Below are positions 48,527-60,537 of a DNA stretch of 64,000 nt, one piece after another; within the stretch, counting starts at the first letter, position 1; every line of letters begins with the position of its first letter. Origin of the DNA: Macrostomum lignano (Eukaryota); NCBI GenBank assembly GCA_002269645.1, contig NIVC01000184.1, positions 124,001-188,000 on the forward strand, read 5' to 3'. The position numbers and the translations under genes were made by a program. Below the pieces are notes generated by a model, which was not told the origin of the DNA, did no database searches, and worked only from the letters and a program-made list of their open reading frames with translations.

Positions 48527-51500
48527 CTACTTGACCGGAACAGCCGTTGCTGTTGCCTCATCGGAAGCCGAACCGGAAGCAGCAGTCGGTGGTGCAACCG
48601 GGCCAACATCTTGGTCGCCTGTGTCGACTAGAAGGTCACCGGTGACCTCTGCGAACAATCTGTCCCAGTCCCAGTATTCGTCCGGCTCCTGCAGGTCTTG
48701 GTCGGCGGCCAAACACCGGGTTAGAAGTTTCAAATCGATCTCATTGTCCTGCGGGGTGGATGGCTATTCCATTGATTGCTTGCAATATGCTGTTTGCAAT
48801 GCGATTAAGGGCGATTCTTAAATTGGTTTAGGGCGATTCTCAGAAACTTAGAGTGAAGACATTTTTTCAAAGGATCGAAGCTGATATTTTGTTAAGAAAA
48901 TAACCCGACTTATATTTGACACAGCTAAAAGTACAAACCAGAGTTGCAAATGAAGCGTGCCGATTAAGGTCGAAATCTAATTCGCGATAAGTGGCCACAC
49001 GATTGACGGCGATGCTAAAATGTGTGTATAAATTGTAATTAATAAAGCTATAAAAATATGCTCGTATTTAAATGTCTCAAAGTAAAGGCTTGACAAAATA
49101 CCTCGGCGCCTTTGCCATCTCGGGCGGTTCGTTTACTGATGACGCAACAGGCGCTTCCTCCTTCAACTCCGGTATAGCGGCAGCGCCTGAAAGTTCAGTT
49201 TGCACTTTTATATTTTATCATATATACAAACTAGCTCTGAGAATAACTGATACGAGCGCTAGAGACCAACGTTTCGCAACAGACTTCGTGTACATTTTGG
49301 GAGAGAAATACAGATAACCCTAGCTTGATTGAGGCCCCAAGCACCCCATTCTGTGTGTACATTGGGGGAAGGGAATACAGATAACCCTAGTATGATTGAG
49401 GCCCAAGCACCCCATTCTGTGTGTACATTGGGTGAATGGAAATACAGATAACCCTAGTGTGATTGAGGCCCCAAGCACCCCATTCTGTGTGTACATTGGG
49501 GGAAGGAAATACAGATAACCCTAGTGTGATTGAGGCCCCAAGCACCCCATTCTGTGTGTACATTGGGGGAAGGGAAATACAGATAACCCTATTATGATTG
49601 AGGCTCCATGCACCTCATTCTGTGTCTATATTAGGGGAAGGGAAATACAGACAGTCTTGGTACGATATAGTCGTATTGGAACTAAGATAATGTTTAAGTT
49701 TAGAAAGTGCACACACACGGCAAAATTTTCAATAATATTACGAATTTCAATCAAAGAGATGAACATTGTTAGGTGATTGTAAAATTTTAGGGAACTTTTG
49801 CGAATCTGTATCCAAGTGACGCGCTGGGTGGTTTTAAGTAAAAGTGAAAAAATATGTTAATAATATGTAGTTTAAAAGTCTGAAATAATTAAAAATGAAG
49901 AAATCGTTGACAATATTAGAGAAACTACTATTTTAAATGCAATACGAAACACACTGCAATCAAGTTGTAGTTTGTACTACCGGTGAGACGAATAATGAAT
50001 AAAAAAAGGTTAATGAAAAGACTCGAACCTCCATCGTCTGAAAAAGTAGTGAACATTTTTTTCATTTTAACCACATTAACTACATTAACGAAGTATATGA
50101 CTGCTTAACCCAATGTCAATAAATGATCAATACAAAACTAATCAAAATTAATTTAAAATCTTACCATCCGAGTCGGAGAATCGTTTCTCCCTGAATTTGT
50201 CGCTAAAATGAAAAAAGTAAATAGAAATGAATTAACTATATTGTTAATCTTAAAGGTTTTGCAAAAATGCCCACCCCACGGCAATTTAAACAACACTGTC
50301 TGTGTCTTGCGACAGACGATAAACGCATATTTTGAGTACTTTGTTGCTTGCTAATTTGCGTGCTTAATATTAATTAGGGATTAATAATAGTACGTGCTCA
50401 AAAATTCATCCCAAGCAGTGTTACTTGTTTCCGAAATGGCAAATACAAAATGATGAAGCCAAATACTGAATTATAATATAGCAACTATTCATCCCGCATA
50501 TAAACAGTAAAAAATGTAAATTTTCTGGGATTAAAAAGGCAAAAAAATAGGTTAGCGGCCGTGGCTAGCAAATTGGCCGACAAAAATCGATTCGAGTCAC
50601 AGCACCACACAGAGCAACAAAGTGGGCCACTAAGGACAGAAAAAAAGTACAAATTTAAGCTGGGTTAAGAACCGCTGAGAGGAGGGTGGGTGAAGAAAGC
50701 GCGACAAGAGGGCACAATAGACTTAGGCGGGGTGTACAAGCCCGGCCTGAAAAACGGGTCCCACTGCGTGCCCTAAAGCCGGTTTGCACCATCACAAGCT
50801 CCAGTGCAAACCGAAACAGGAGTGGCTGACTGGCCCATAAAATCGATAAATTCACACCATTCAAGCCACAGCCGCTCGCAGACAGACTCTCAGAGCAATT
50901 AACCGAGGCCAGTAAACTTAAGGGAGTGGCTGACTGTCTAAACCATAAAATCGATCAATTCACACCATTCAAGCCACAGCCGCTCGCAGACAGACTCTCA
51001 GAGCAATTAACCGAGGCCAGTAAACTTAAGGGAGTGACTGACTGTCTAAACCATAAAATCGATAAATTCACACCATTTAAGCCACAACCTTTCGCAGACA
51101 GACTCTCAGAGCAATTAACCGCGGCCAGTAAGGTTAAGGGAGTGGCTGACTGTCTAAACCATAAAATCGATCAATTCACACCATTCAAGCCACAGCCTCT
51201 CGCAGACAGATTCTCAGAGCAATTAACCGAGGCTTGTAAAGTTAAGGGAGTGGCTGACTGTCTAAACCATAAAATCGATAAATTCACACCATTCAAGCCA
51301 CAGCCTTTCGCAGACAGACTCTCAGAGCAATTAACCGCGGCCAGTAAGGTTAAGGGAGTGGCTGACTGTCTAAACCAAAAAATCGATCAATTCACACCAT
51401 TCAAGCCACAGCCTCTCGCAGACAGACTCTCAGAGCAATTAACCGAGGCCAGTAAGGTTAAGGGAGTGGCTGACTGTCTAAACCATAAAATCGATCAATT

Positions 51501-54500
51501 CACACCATTCAAGCCACAGCCTCTCGCAGACAGATTCTCAGAGCAATTGAGAGTTGGTACATGCAGACAAAAAATTATAATTTCTGTAAACAAGACATAT
51601 TGAATTTCTTCAGTAATTATTTGAATGCATATTTTTAAATATATACTCGTATCTAGAAACAAACAAATAAAAAAACAGCAAATTGTAGAGCAAAGCTAGT
51701 TGCACCTATCAATAAAAGATCATATCACATATCATTGTGCCCGGATATGTATTTCTATCTTCATCGAAAGCAAAGCGAGTGTACCCAAAATAGCATAATA
51801 AAATAATGCATAAATATCTATACAACGAACATAGTAAGCACCACGGCACAAAATGACATTAACTAAATACGAACTGGGGTTTCATTGAACGCTCCACAGA
51901 GTCAATTAGATGATCAAATCTCCTGCAAATTAGTTACATTTACGCCTATATTTCGATATGAAAAGAAATTTAGCATAAGTTGATTAACAAAATCAACGGA
52001 GTCTGTAAATCTAATTAGATTTTTATTCACCTAATTATTTGCTACATTTCAGACAATTAAGCCAGCAACAGCAACTCACTCTCCAAGTTCGTCGTCGGCA
52101 CGACGACCGCCGCTACCAGCCGTCCTGGGCGGCTCGTCTCCCCAACCGCCGCGTCGCTTTGGCTGTACAAGGTGAGGGGAGTGAGGCAGATTGCGTACCT
52201 GTGGTGTGACTGGCTGCGATTTTAAATGGGGACCGAGGAGAGATTCTTGGAAGGGTTGAGGGGCGATTCTCGTAGAGTTTGAGGCCTTGAGGGTGATTCA
52301 TGACGTCGCAGAGGGCCAATTCTCGGGAAAATTTGAAGGGCAAATCCTGGAGGCTATGGGGCGATATGCTTCGAAGAATAAGGAGATATTGGATCAAAAT
52401 CAAATAGGAAAAAATTAAATCAGACTTACAGCAGCTCCGCCATCGGCAGTGGTGCCGCCAGCTGAATCCTCTTCTTCATTGGCACGCCGGCCCATTCTGG
52501 CTTTCTATTAAATGGATTGAAAATGAAATAACTGTCAGTAATGTTAATGGCTAATCATCTCTACCTATAAAAATCAAAACTCTGTCTGTGTGTGTGTGTC
52601 TGTGTGTCTGTGTACAAATTTGATCGCTATGGACTCCATTTGTACCGCTCGACCGCCCGACCAACTGAAACCAAATTTTGCACCCGAACTAAAATTACTA
52701 CGGAGAATGTCTTAGGCTACCTTAAAATTTCCTAAACTCAAGTCTTCCTACCTAAAAGTGCAAAAAACTGCTCAAAATTCGCGATTTTTTTTACTAAATT
52801 CTCCATAGCGCCGCTCCACTTCTACCGATCCTCTTCAAATTTAACAAAATTGATCTTCAACTATTTTGACATAATCGTGTAAAATTTCGAGTCGGAAAGT
52901 TAATCCTGAAAGGCGCTGTGCACTTTTAAAGTTAGGCTGTTTTTTCAGCGAGGCAACCACCCCAACCTCCGCCCGCCTGCCTCTCTTTCCCGATCTGGGC
53001 AAAGGGTGTAAATAGGTTTAAAATGACTAAATTTCGGCTGCCATAAGTTTGCTCCACGTGAAGCGATTGACTTCAAATTTGACACAATTCTCTATTGACT
53101 CATTCTCATCTAAATGTAAAGTCTCAACTCTGTATCTCAATCAGGACGGAAACTGTAAGCATGTAAAGTTTGTCTGCTTTTTCTGTTGTTTGTGCCGCTA
53201 AATCACTCTCACTCATTCCTCCCGCCCAGACGAAGGATCAGGCGATAGAGCTCAATGTACGAGTACATAGCGAATGTACAGTGTTTTGGAATAACTTTTT
53301 AATAGCCTTCTCTGCACCCCGCGAGTGGAGAGGCGTGAGAGGAGAGACAGTTTCAGCGAGAGATTCAAACCACTGTCCTCTAAATAGACAAACTCTGCAT
53401 CAGTTAAACAAGGATGACAATTGGCAAATCAAGGCGATGTGGGATGGTTTGTAAAATAGAGAAAAATTAATGAATAACTGATTACAATGCAATCCTACTA
53501 AATTAGTTACACGGTTACACCATGAAAATTTTAACATTAAGATTCGCATAAGGTACTTTAAAATTTAAATGGCCTCCTAAGAAATGTGTATTTCCTTGGT
53601 TGTTAGACTGCTGCAGACTGTGGTGGAGCTGAAGATACACAAATTCTTTACTGGGCTTGCAAATTGGCAAGAAAGATGACATGATCAAAGCATGAGAACA
53701 GCCATGAGAGTACTATGTCCCACAAACTGGCTTTCCAAGCAGGAATGGGCAGACTTTTACCTTAAAGGCCAGAAAAGAATCAAGCTTATGGCTGAGGGGG
53801 CAGTTGAGAGTGGAGAGAAGGAATAGACTATTCGAAAAGAGAGGAGAGGTGAGAGAGGGAATAAGAGAAAAGATAAAAGATAATAGGACAGATGAGAGAG
53901 TGAGGACGATGAGAGGAGAGAGTAGAGAGGAGAGAGTAAAAGAGCGAGTAGAGAGGAGAGAGTAGAGGAGCGAGTAGAGAGGAGAGAGTAGAGGAGCGAG
54001 TAGAGAAGCGAGTAGAGAGGAGAGAGTAGAAGAGCGAGTAGAGAGGAGAGAGTAGAGAGTAGAGTAGCGAGTGGAGAGGAGAGAGTATAGAGTAGCGAGT
54101 GGAGAGGAGAGAGTAGAGGAGCGAGTAGAGAGGAGAGAGCAGAGAGCTGCAGATAAGAGCAGAGCAGAGAGAAGAGCAGAGAGGAGTTAGTAAAGAGGAG
54201 AAAGGAGAGATGAGAGAGTAAATAGAAGAGAGAAGAGATAAGGTTGTACAGATGAGAGAGGTGTAGGGAGAGATGAGAAATGAGAGATGAGAGATAAAGG
54301 AGGAGAGTGGAGAGAGAAGAGACGAGACAAGAGAGGGAGAGAGTATATAGAAGAGGGAAGAGAAGAGAAGAGAAGAAAGGAGAAAGGAAAGTGAGGAGAC
54401 AAAAGAGATGAAAGAAAAGAGTACAGAGGACAGAATGAGAGAACATATAAGACAGTAAAGATGACAGATGAAAGAGAGGGGATGAGCTGAGCTGAGAGCA

Positions 54501-57500
54501 GAGACGAAAATGAACAGACGAGAGATGGGAGAGTAGAGAGAACAGAGGAGAGATAAGAGATTACAGAGACTAGAGGAGAGACAAAGGGAGAGAGAGAAGT
54601 GAGTCAAGAAGAGAGAAAAGAGGAGAATGGAGGGGAGAGAGTAGAGAGGAGAAGAAAGATGGGAGAGGAGAGATAAGAGAGAGAGGGGAAGCAGAGAGAG
54701 GGGGGAAGCAGAGAGAGAGGGGAAGCAGAGAGAGAGAGGGGAGCAGAGAGAGAGGGGGGAATCAGAGAGAAATGAAAAGAGATAAAAGAGAAGAGAGAGA
54801 AGAGAAAGGAGAGATCAGAGAGCAAATACAGACGAGAGAGAAGAGAGGTGAAGGAAAAGACGGGAGAAGAGTGGGAGGAGAGGAAAGAGAAAAGAAGAGA
54901 AAAGAGATGAGATAAGAGAGATGAAAAAGAAGAGAAATGAGGGAAGATACGAGAGAAGAGGGGAGAGAGAGAGGAGAGAGGAAAGAAGAGATGAGAGGAG
55001 AGAGAGAGAGGAAAGAGTAGAGAGGAGAGATGAGAGAGTAGAGGAGAGAGTTAAGAGAAGAGAGAAAAGAATAGAGAGGAGAAGGAAGAGACGAGAGAAG
55101 AGGGGGGAGAGGGGAGAGGAGAGAAAACGAAAAAGTAGAGAGGAGAGAGGAGAGGAGAGAGAAAAGAAGAGACAAGAGATGAGATAAGAGAGATGAAAGA
55201 GAAGAGAGATGAGGGAAGATACGAGATAAGAGGGGAGAGAGGAGAGAGGAGAGAGGAGAGAGGAGAGAGGAGAGAAGAGGGACGAGAGAGAAGTCGAGAA
55301 GAGAGGAAACAAAGAGACGATAGAAATTTTAAAGGATCCAAGGGACGTAGGGAGAGTCAGGGAGAGGCCAGAGTTTGCCAATACATGTTTTAGAGTTAGA
55401 CAGACATTGCCTGACATTCTGCGCAAGCTAACACCCAGCTAACAGTATCAATGTTTGCCTCAAATCCAAATTTTACATGAATGTGTCCATTTTATGTCTA
55501 CCTCTATCCTACTAACTATTAACAAGTTTTTGTTTGTGTATGGCCTTAGATTTCAGAATACATGCAAAAGTAGTTCTGGGGATTGGAATTCCCTGGGTTC
55601 AAAATCTGCGGGTTTCAACAGCTTGTTATAATTATAAAATAATTAGTACACTTTCCATAAAACCTCAAAATATAATCAATTAAATATATATGCATCAGTT
55701 AATTATTCTAATGTAAGCATGCCATTATTCAACTGAACAATATCACTTATTTTGCACTATTTTCAGTGACAGTGACATAGCTAGGATTTTGAAAAGGGGG
55801 ATAGCTTTAAGGGCCAAAATTTTAGACTAATAAAATAGTTTTTTGTATTTTTTGCTAAAATAAGCATTTAAAATTGCCAATATCATGTTTATTAGGCTAA
55901 AAAAACTTTACTTTGTTAAAATCAGAATAAAGCCAGTAGATGTCTGTCCTGACTAGGACATTCTTGGACCTAGGAATTTGTAGAAATATTGTTTATAACA
56001 CTTTATTAGTAATTTATAAGTGAAATAGGCCAATTTTTTGCAATTTTGCTAAGTTTAAGTCACTTTATTTTGCTTTTTTCTTCAAAAAACCAAATTTTTG
56101 TTTCCTATAAATCTTCAAAATGAGGGGATATATCCCCATATCCCCCTAGTTATGCTACTGACTATTTTACACTTTTTGCTAGCTTATCTAAAGCTGAGTT
56201 AGATCTAAACATTTTATAGAAATTGATTTTTAGCTACTAAAATAGTAGCTACTATATGCAAGAATTTTTTATTGCTTGATATGTCATGTCATATGAATAA
56301 GGTCAGATCATGGATAGACCAAGTGGCTGAGAATTGCATATGTGGTGTAGTGATTAATGGTAACACTTATAATGATATATGACATACTAAGAAATCTTGA
56401 TAGGCTCCTCCTTATCACTCATAGTCCAGATCATGGCAAGCTTACGCTGGAATTAAAATTCTAGTTTCTTTAATTCTACACTGATTTTGTGTAGAATTAA
56501 AGTTGCTTTTAATTTTGCTTTGCCTCCCCTATAATAAAATTTATGGCAATGTCCTTGTCTAGTGTTGAAGAATTAGAGTTGCTAATATAACAATTAACAA
56601 GAAAAATGAACTCAATTTTATAGTTTACAATATATACAGAATTTAAGTTATAAATTTTTAAATAAAGCAAATTCTCAATTCAAATCAAAGATAATATTTT
56701 ATATGATTAAAAATGAAATGGGTAATATCAAGTAATTTTTTATCATAAAATAATATAGCCTAATAATAATAAAGGTACAAAGTAACTAAATAGGCTTATA
56801 TACTATAGTATAGACAAAAATCTAGCATTGATATAAAAATATAAATATGATGAGCTTGCATACATAGCAGCTTTCCTTTCCTATACATGCGCAACCTTGG
56901 GAATCACTCAGCCATTTCTATTGGCAACAAACACATATAAGTCGCTGAGTGCAGTCACGTGACTACTATTCTGCCCAATAGCGACTTACATATGTGTTTT
57001 ACCAATAGAAACAGCCGGGTGAATCCCTAGGTTGCACCCAAGCATGAGCTTTCCATGTCTACCTAGCGTTTTAATTGTGTACATGGTAGCCACATATGTA
57101 ATAAGTCATATACTATTCAAATTTATTCGCAAATTAACAAAAAAATAGCATTAGCAATGAATTGAGACTACATTGGGCATGCATGGTGTACATGGGATAA
57201 AACATGATAAAACAGTATATATTGTAACAATTTTAAATTAGGTTTAGTTAGTAGCAATGGCAATGCACAGATTTGAGGGAAAGGGTCCTATTCACTAGGC
57301 ATATACTGCAGCCAACTGCCAGCCGCTGTGCACACAATTAAAGTACTGAGTGGATAGCCACCATGCACGCAATTAAAACACTAGGTGGTTGGCTGCCATG
57401 CAGGCATGCACGCAAGCTCTCCAATATAAATAATATCAATCAATGCTGGCCCAATGGCCCTACCTAAATATTAAAAGAAAAAATGAGGACAGATGGTCAG

Positions 57501-57679
57501 ATGGATAGGGGCACAATACAGGTACTAGGTAACTAGTTTTAATAAATAGCTATCAGCATAGGTTCCAATATATTCATATCATAAGTAGGCCCTTGAATAA
57601 TGTCATGATTATTTCTATTGAACAAAATTGATTGTACCTTCTTTCCTTTAGTTGACTCGAGATTGAATTCCTCATCCAT
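48527..57679 (-). CDS. IFT43: Intraflagellar transport protein 43 (IFT-A), 7 coding exons, 206 aa
   Basis: complement(join 57679-57638, 52504-52430, 52162-52080, 50202-50165, 49186-49102, 49014-48939, 48748-48527) = 621 nt; GT-AG and phase-consistent. Reads MDEEFNL...KARMGRRA...RRGGWGD...AIPELKEE...IAVNRVATYRELDFDL...DNEIDLKLLTRCL...EYWDWDRLFAEV, matching IFT43 motifs as recalled. Confidence 0.92.
49300..49650. repeat. ~67-bp tandem repeat, ~5 units, IFT43 intron
   Basis: AGATAACCCT at 49312, 49379, 49446, 49513, 49581. Confidence 0.9.
50815..51550. repeat. 108-bp tandem repeat, ~7 units, IFT43 intron
   Basis: Units start every 108 nt from ~50836; open in one + frame as a 36-aa repeat. Confidence 0.92.
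52558..53160 (+). mobile_element. Possible non-autonomous Helitron-like element, 5' part
   Basis: A|TC start, TCTCTACCTATAAAAA followed by a (TG)/(TCTG) microsatellite, as in DINE/Lep1-type Helitrons; no CTRR 3' end found; right boundary uncertain. Confidence 0.4.
53810..55320. repeat. (AG)-rich low-complexity/microsatellite tract in an IFT43 intron
   Basis: Nearly pure purine on the + strand; source of the Leu/Ser and Glu/Arg pseudo-ORFs. Confidence 0.95.
55764..56160. mobile_element. MITE (non-autonomous DNA transposon) with an 8-bp target-site duplication, hAT-like
   Basis: ACTATTTT at 55756-55763 and 56161-56168; imperfect TIRs CAGTGACATAGCTAGG (55770-55785) and CCTAGTTATGCTACTG (56145-56160), 13/16 match. 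Confidence 0.75.
56886..57046. other. ~150-bp imperfect palindrome (foldback/MITE-like)
   Basis: Arms pair: TTCTATTGG/CCAATAGAA, AAACACATAT/ATATGTGTTT, AAGTCGCT/AGCGACTT, GCAACC/GGTTGC. Confidence 0.8.
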
Positions 57680-60041
57680 TTATCTGGAGTGTTTCAAGTT
57701 ATTGTAATAAACGTAAAGATCACCTAGGTCCTAGGCCTACTAATTAGAATCCGAGCAAGTGTAAAATGTACAAACAGCAGCAACAAAGCTAACTATTGCA
57801 TAAAAAATTTGCTTTTATTCACCGAAACTTAGCAACTAAATTTTGAGGGAATTCCTATATTTTTTTATTTACACATAGAAACAGCTTTATCCGATACAAA
57901 GTATTTTAAAATCATATTATCTTTGTAAATAAAATACTCTGTAAGAGAATAAAAAATCATTTTGCTATTTAGTATTTGTTTAATCTACCTAAAACAGCGT
58001 ACGGATTCTTTTGCCACAAGCACAGTTTTTTTTTATCATTCTGAGCTCTATACGAGAAGTCAAGAACTAAATAACTGAAGTAGTTTAAGTGCAGTTTTTC
58101 CCTAAAGGGTCCTGAACCTATTGAAAGTTATAGTCTGCATTTTTCTGTCCTGAGACACGAGCCTATAGAACTGGCAAGTTTTCAAACTGGCCGTGTGATT
58201 GTTGTTTCAAAGTTTCAAACTGGCAAGTTTCAAACTGGCACTGGCGCAAACATGCCGTGGGGTGGGGGCGATCGCCCACCTTAGCTGCGGAGACCTGAAA
58301 AAATCAAATTGGGGACGAAACGAATTTTCGCCAAAACACAGTGCATGCAATCAGTCCAGTCACACCCCCGCGGGCCAAGATCCGCCAGGCCAACATGTAC
58401 ATGTAAATTAAATTATGGGTCTAATTTACAGTATATACCCAAGGACCGCAGGAACACTTCGTTATATCTAGTCTAGTAATATACATTATAGTCTAGTAGT
58501 CCTTGTATATACATATAACATGTACCCTCTGAATCCGCTAGGCCTCAACAAATTTCTGGTTGCTCTATCGCGGCCGGATGCACCCAATCGATTATGATTG
58601 TCGGACCAATTTGTTAAAATCCAAAGCCAGATATTCTAATTAGTTAATCCCTTGCAGTTTTCTACCCATCATGCAAACCCGTTGAAGGCAAAATTAAATG
58701 CATCTTACATATGTACATCACAGACCACGTGGGAAACTGAATGTTCAAAAATGAAAGGACAGTTATAATTAAAATCACTCAATTTTGATACAAACTGATT
58801 TAGATTCCAAAATCACAATAAAAATATCAGAGAATTAAAAGATCGATCACAATTCAGAAAAGATCGAAAAAAGAACTCTTTAGGTCAAACAAGCTGGTTG
58901 TCAAAATATACATATGACAACGTATAATCATAATATACCTTAGATATCGTTAACGCTTCAAAAATACAAACGTGCGTTTTGATATGGTAAAAATGAGAAA
59001 CAAACAACGCCTGTCCCGTGATCGTAATTTTCCTAGACTATAACCCAGCGTCTGCAAAGAAGACCCACAGGCCCAGGCATGCCAGCTGGTGCATGTGGTG
59101 GCCGCGCCAATTGCTACTGAATTTGGTGATTTATAACCAGGAAATTAGCTACATGTATGCTGCACTGGTACATGTAATAGAAGCAATGGAATAAATTAAA
59201 TGCCACTGCTAAGAAATGCCATTGAATTGTTACTTTCAGTAGTAAAAAAGAACAGTACAATAAGAGCGAATGTCGAGGAGTTTATTTACCGATACATATC
59301 AAGACTATTATCCCGGATCCGTTCCCGTCTTGATCTGCATGAGTGCTGCAATTAAATTAAGTCACGTAAAATTGAGCTACATGTTTATACATGTAGCTAA
59401 ACTTTGCTCGATAGAGACACTATGCTAGAAGACATTGACTTGTTGATTCTTAAAACAGATCTTATCTATATCTTCTTGGGTTGCTAACGCTAACTAACGC
59501 AATATCTACGATATAATAATACTTAGGTAAACTTACCAGATCTGCTGGGCGACTTGCTACATCGTACAAGATCTTAATCATATAGCTTTTATACCTTTTT
59601 ATAGCTTCGAATCGCATATTTTCTTTTTTGTCCCATTTTGTCATAAAATAAAAAATAATAAAGCTAGAACACTTTAGCCAAATGAATAACAAAACAAATG
59701 TACGTCCTATCTTAGAGGATCTTGCAAGAACCGAGCAGATTGAGAAGATCTGCTAAGAATGGCACAGAGACAAGATCTGCTAAGTTTGAGAAACAGAATG
59801 TCCTCTAGGGATCAGTATACAATGGGGCCTTGCAGCTCCAACGCATACAAGAATTGTAGCGATCAACAATTGATTGCCACATGCATGCATGCGATATGTA
59901 AACAAAAAGCTTTTTGCATTTATAGCATGCACAGCAAGAAGGCAGATCCAGTCTGATCGAGTCCATTAACATGCATGCATTCAGCTACCTGCAGGCTTCG
60001 TATTTGTAAAGTCGTGTTCAGGGCAGCGGAATTCACACTTA

Positions 60042-60055
60042 GTTGCTAAGGCATT
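60042..60055. promoter_or_regulatory. Candidate RFX X-box for IFT43 (GTTGCTAAGGCATT)
   Basis: 12/14 match to a GTTGCT-N2-GGCAAC X-box; ~50 nt upstream (- strand) of a donor CAG|GTAGCT at 59989; IFT genes are established RFX targets. Confidence 0.35.
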
Positions 60056-60182
60056 ACAGGGTAAATATGCATTCATTCTATTCCTCGATCCAAAGATTTT
60101 TGTATTAGTATAGGTGCCTGACACTCGATTACGTTGGCCTGGTTGATCGTCATTGTTTCAGCTGCTCCTGGGCGTTGAGAGT

Positions 60183-60537
60183 GTGCATGTACATGCCTCA
60201 CGATGAGAAAGTGAGAGCTGCTGTACACCCTGTATACGAGCTACAGCAGGGTGTCAGCTCGGGTGCCGAGTACTTGCCCCCAATTGGGCCAGATGTGCGA
60301 CCGACAGCTCAGCCGCAGCTATTGCTGCGTACGGCTGTTCAGTCAAGGACTGGGGGGGGGGGGGTCGCCATGCACACACCCTCAATTACCCCAGCTAATG
60401 CTGGCACCCATTTTACAGCTGGGTGAACTGAAGCAGTGCAGAGTTAAGTGCCTTGCTCAAGGACACAAATTGTTCCGAGTGAGTCGGCAATCGAACCCCC
60501 AACCTTCAAGTTGTGAGTCCGATGCTCTAATCACCTG
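60183..60537 (-). mobile_element. tRNA-derived CORE-type SINE
   Basis: On the - strand: tRNA-like head with B-box GGTTCGATTGC (60497-60487), then TGTGTCCTTGAGCAAGGCACTTAAC...CAGTTCACCCAGCTGTAAAATGGG, resembling the MIR/CORE domain; 3' boundary approximate. Confidence 0.75.

Noticed and set aside
53757-55426. Leu/Ser-rich membrane-like and Glu/Arg-rich ORFs
   Set aside because: Translations of an AG microsatellite within an IFT43 intron
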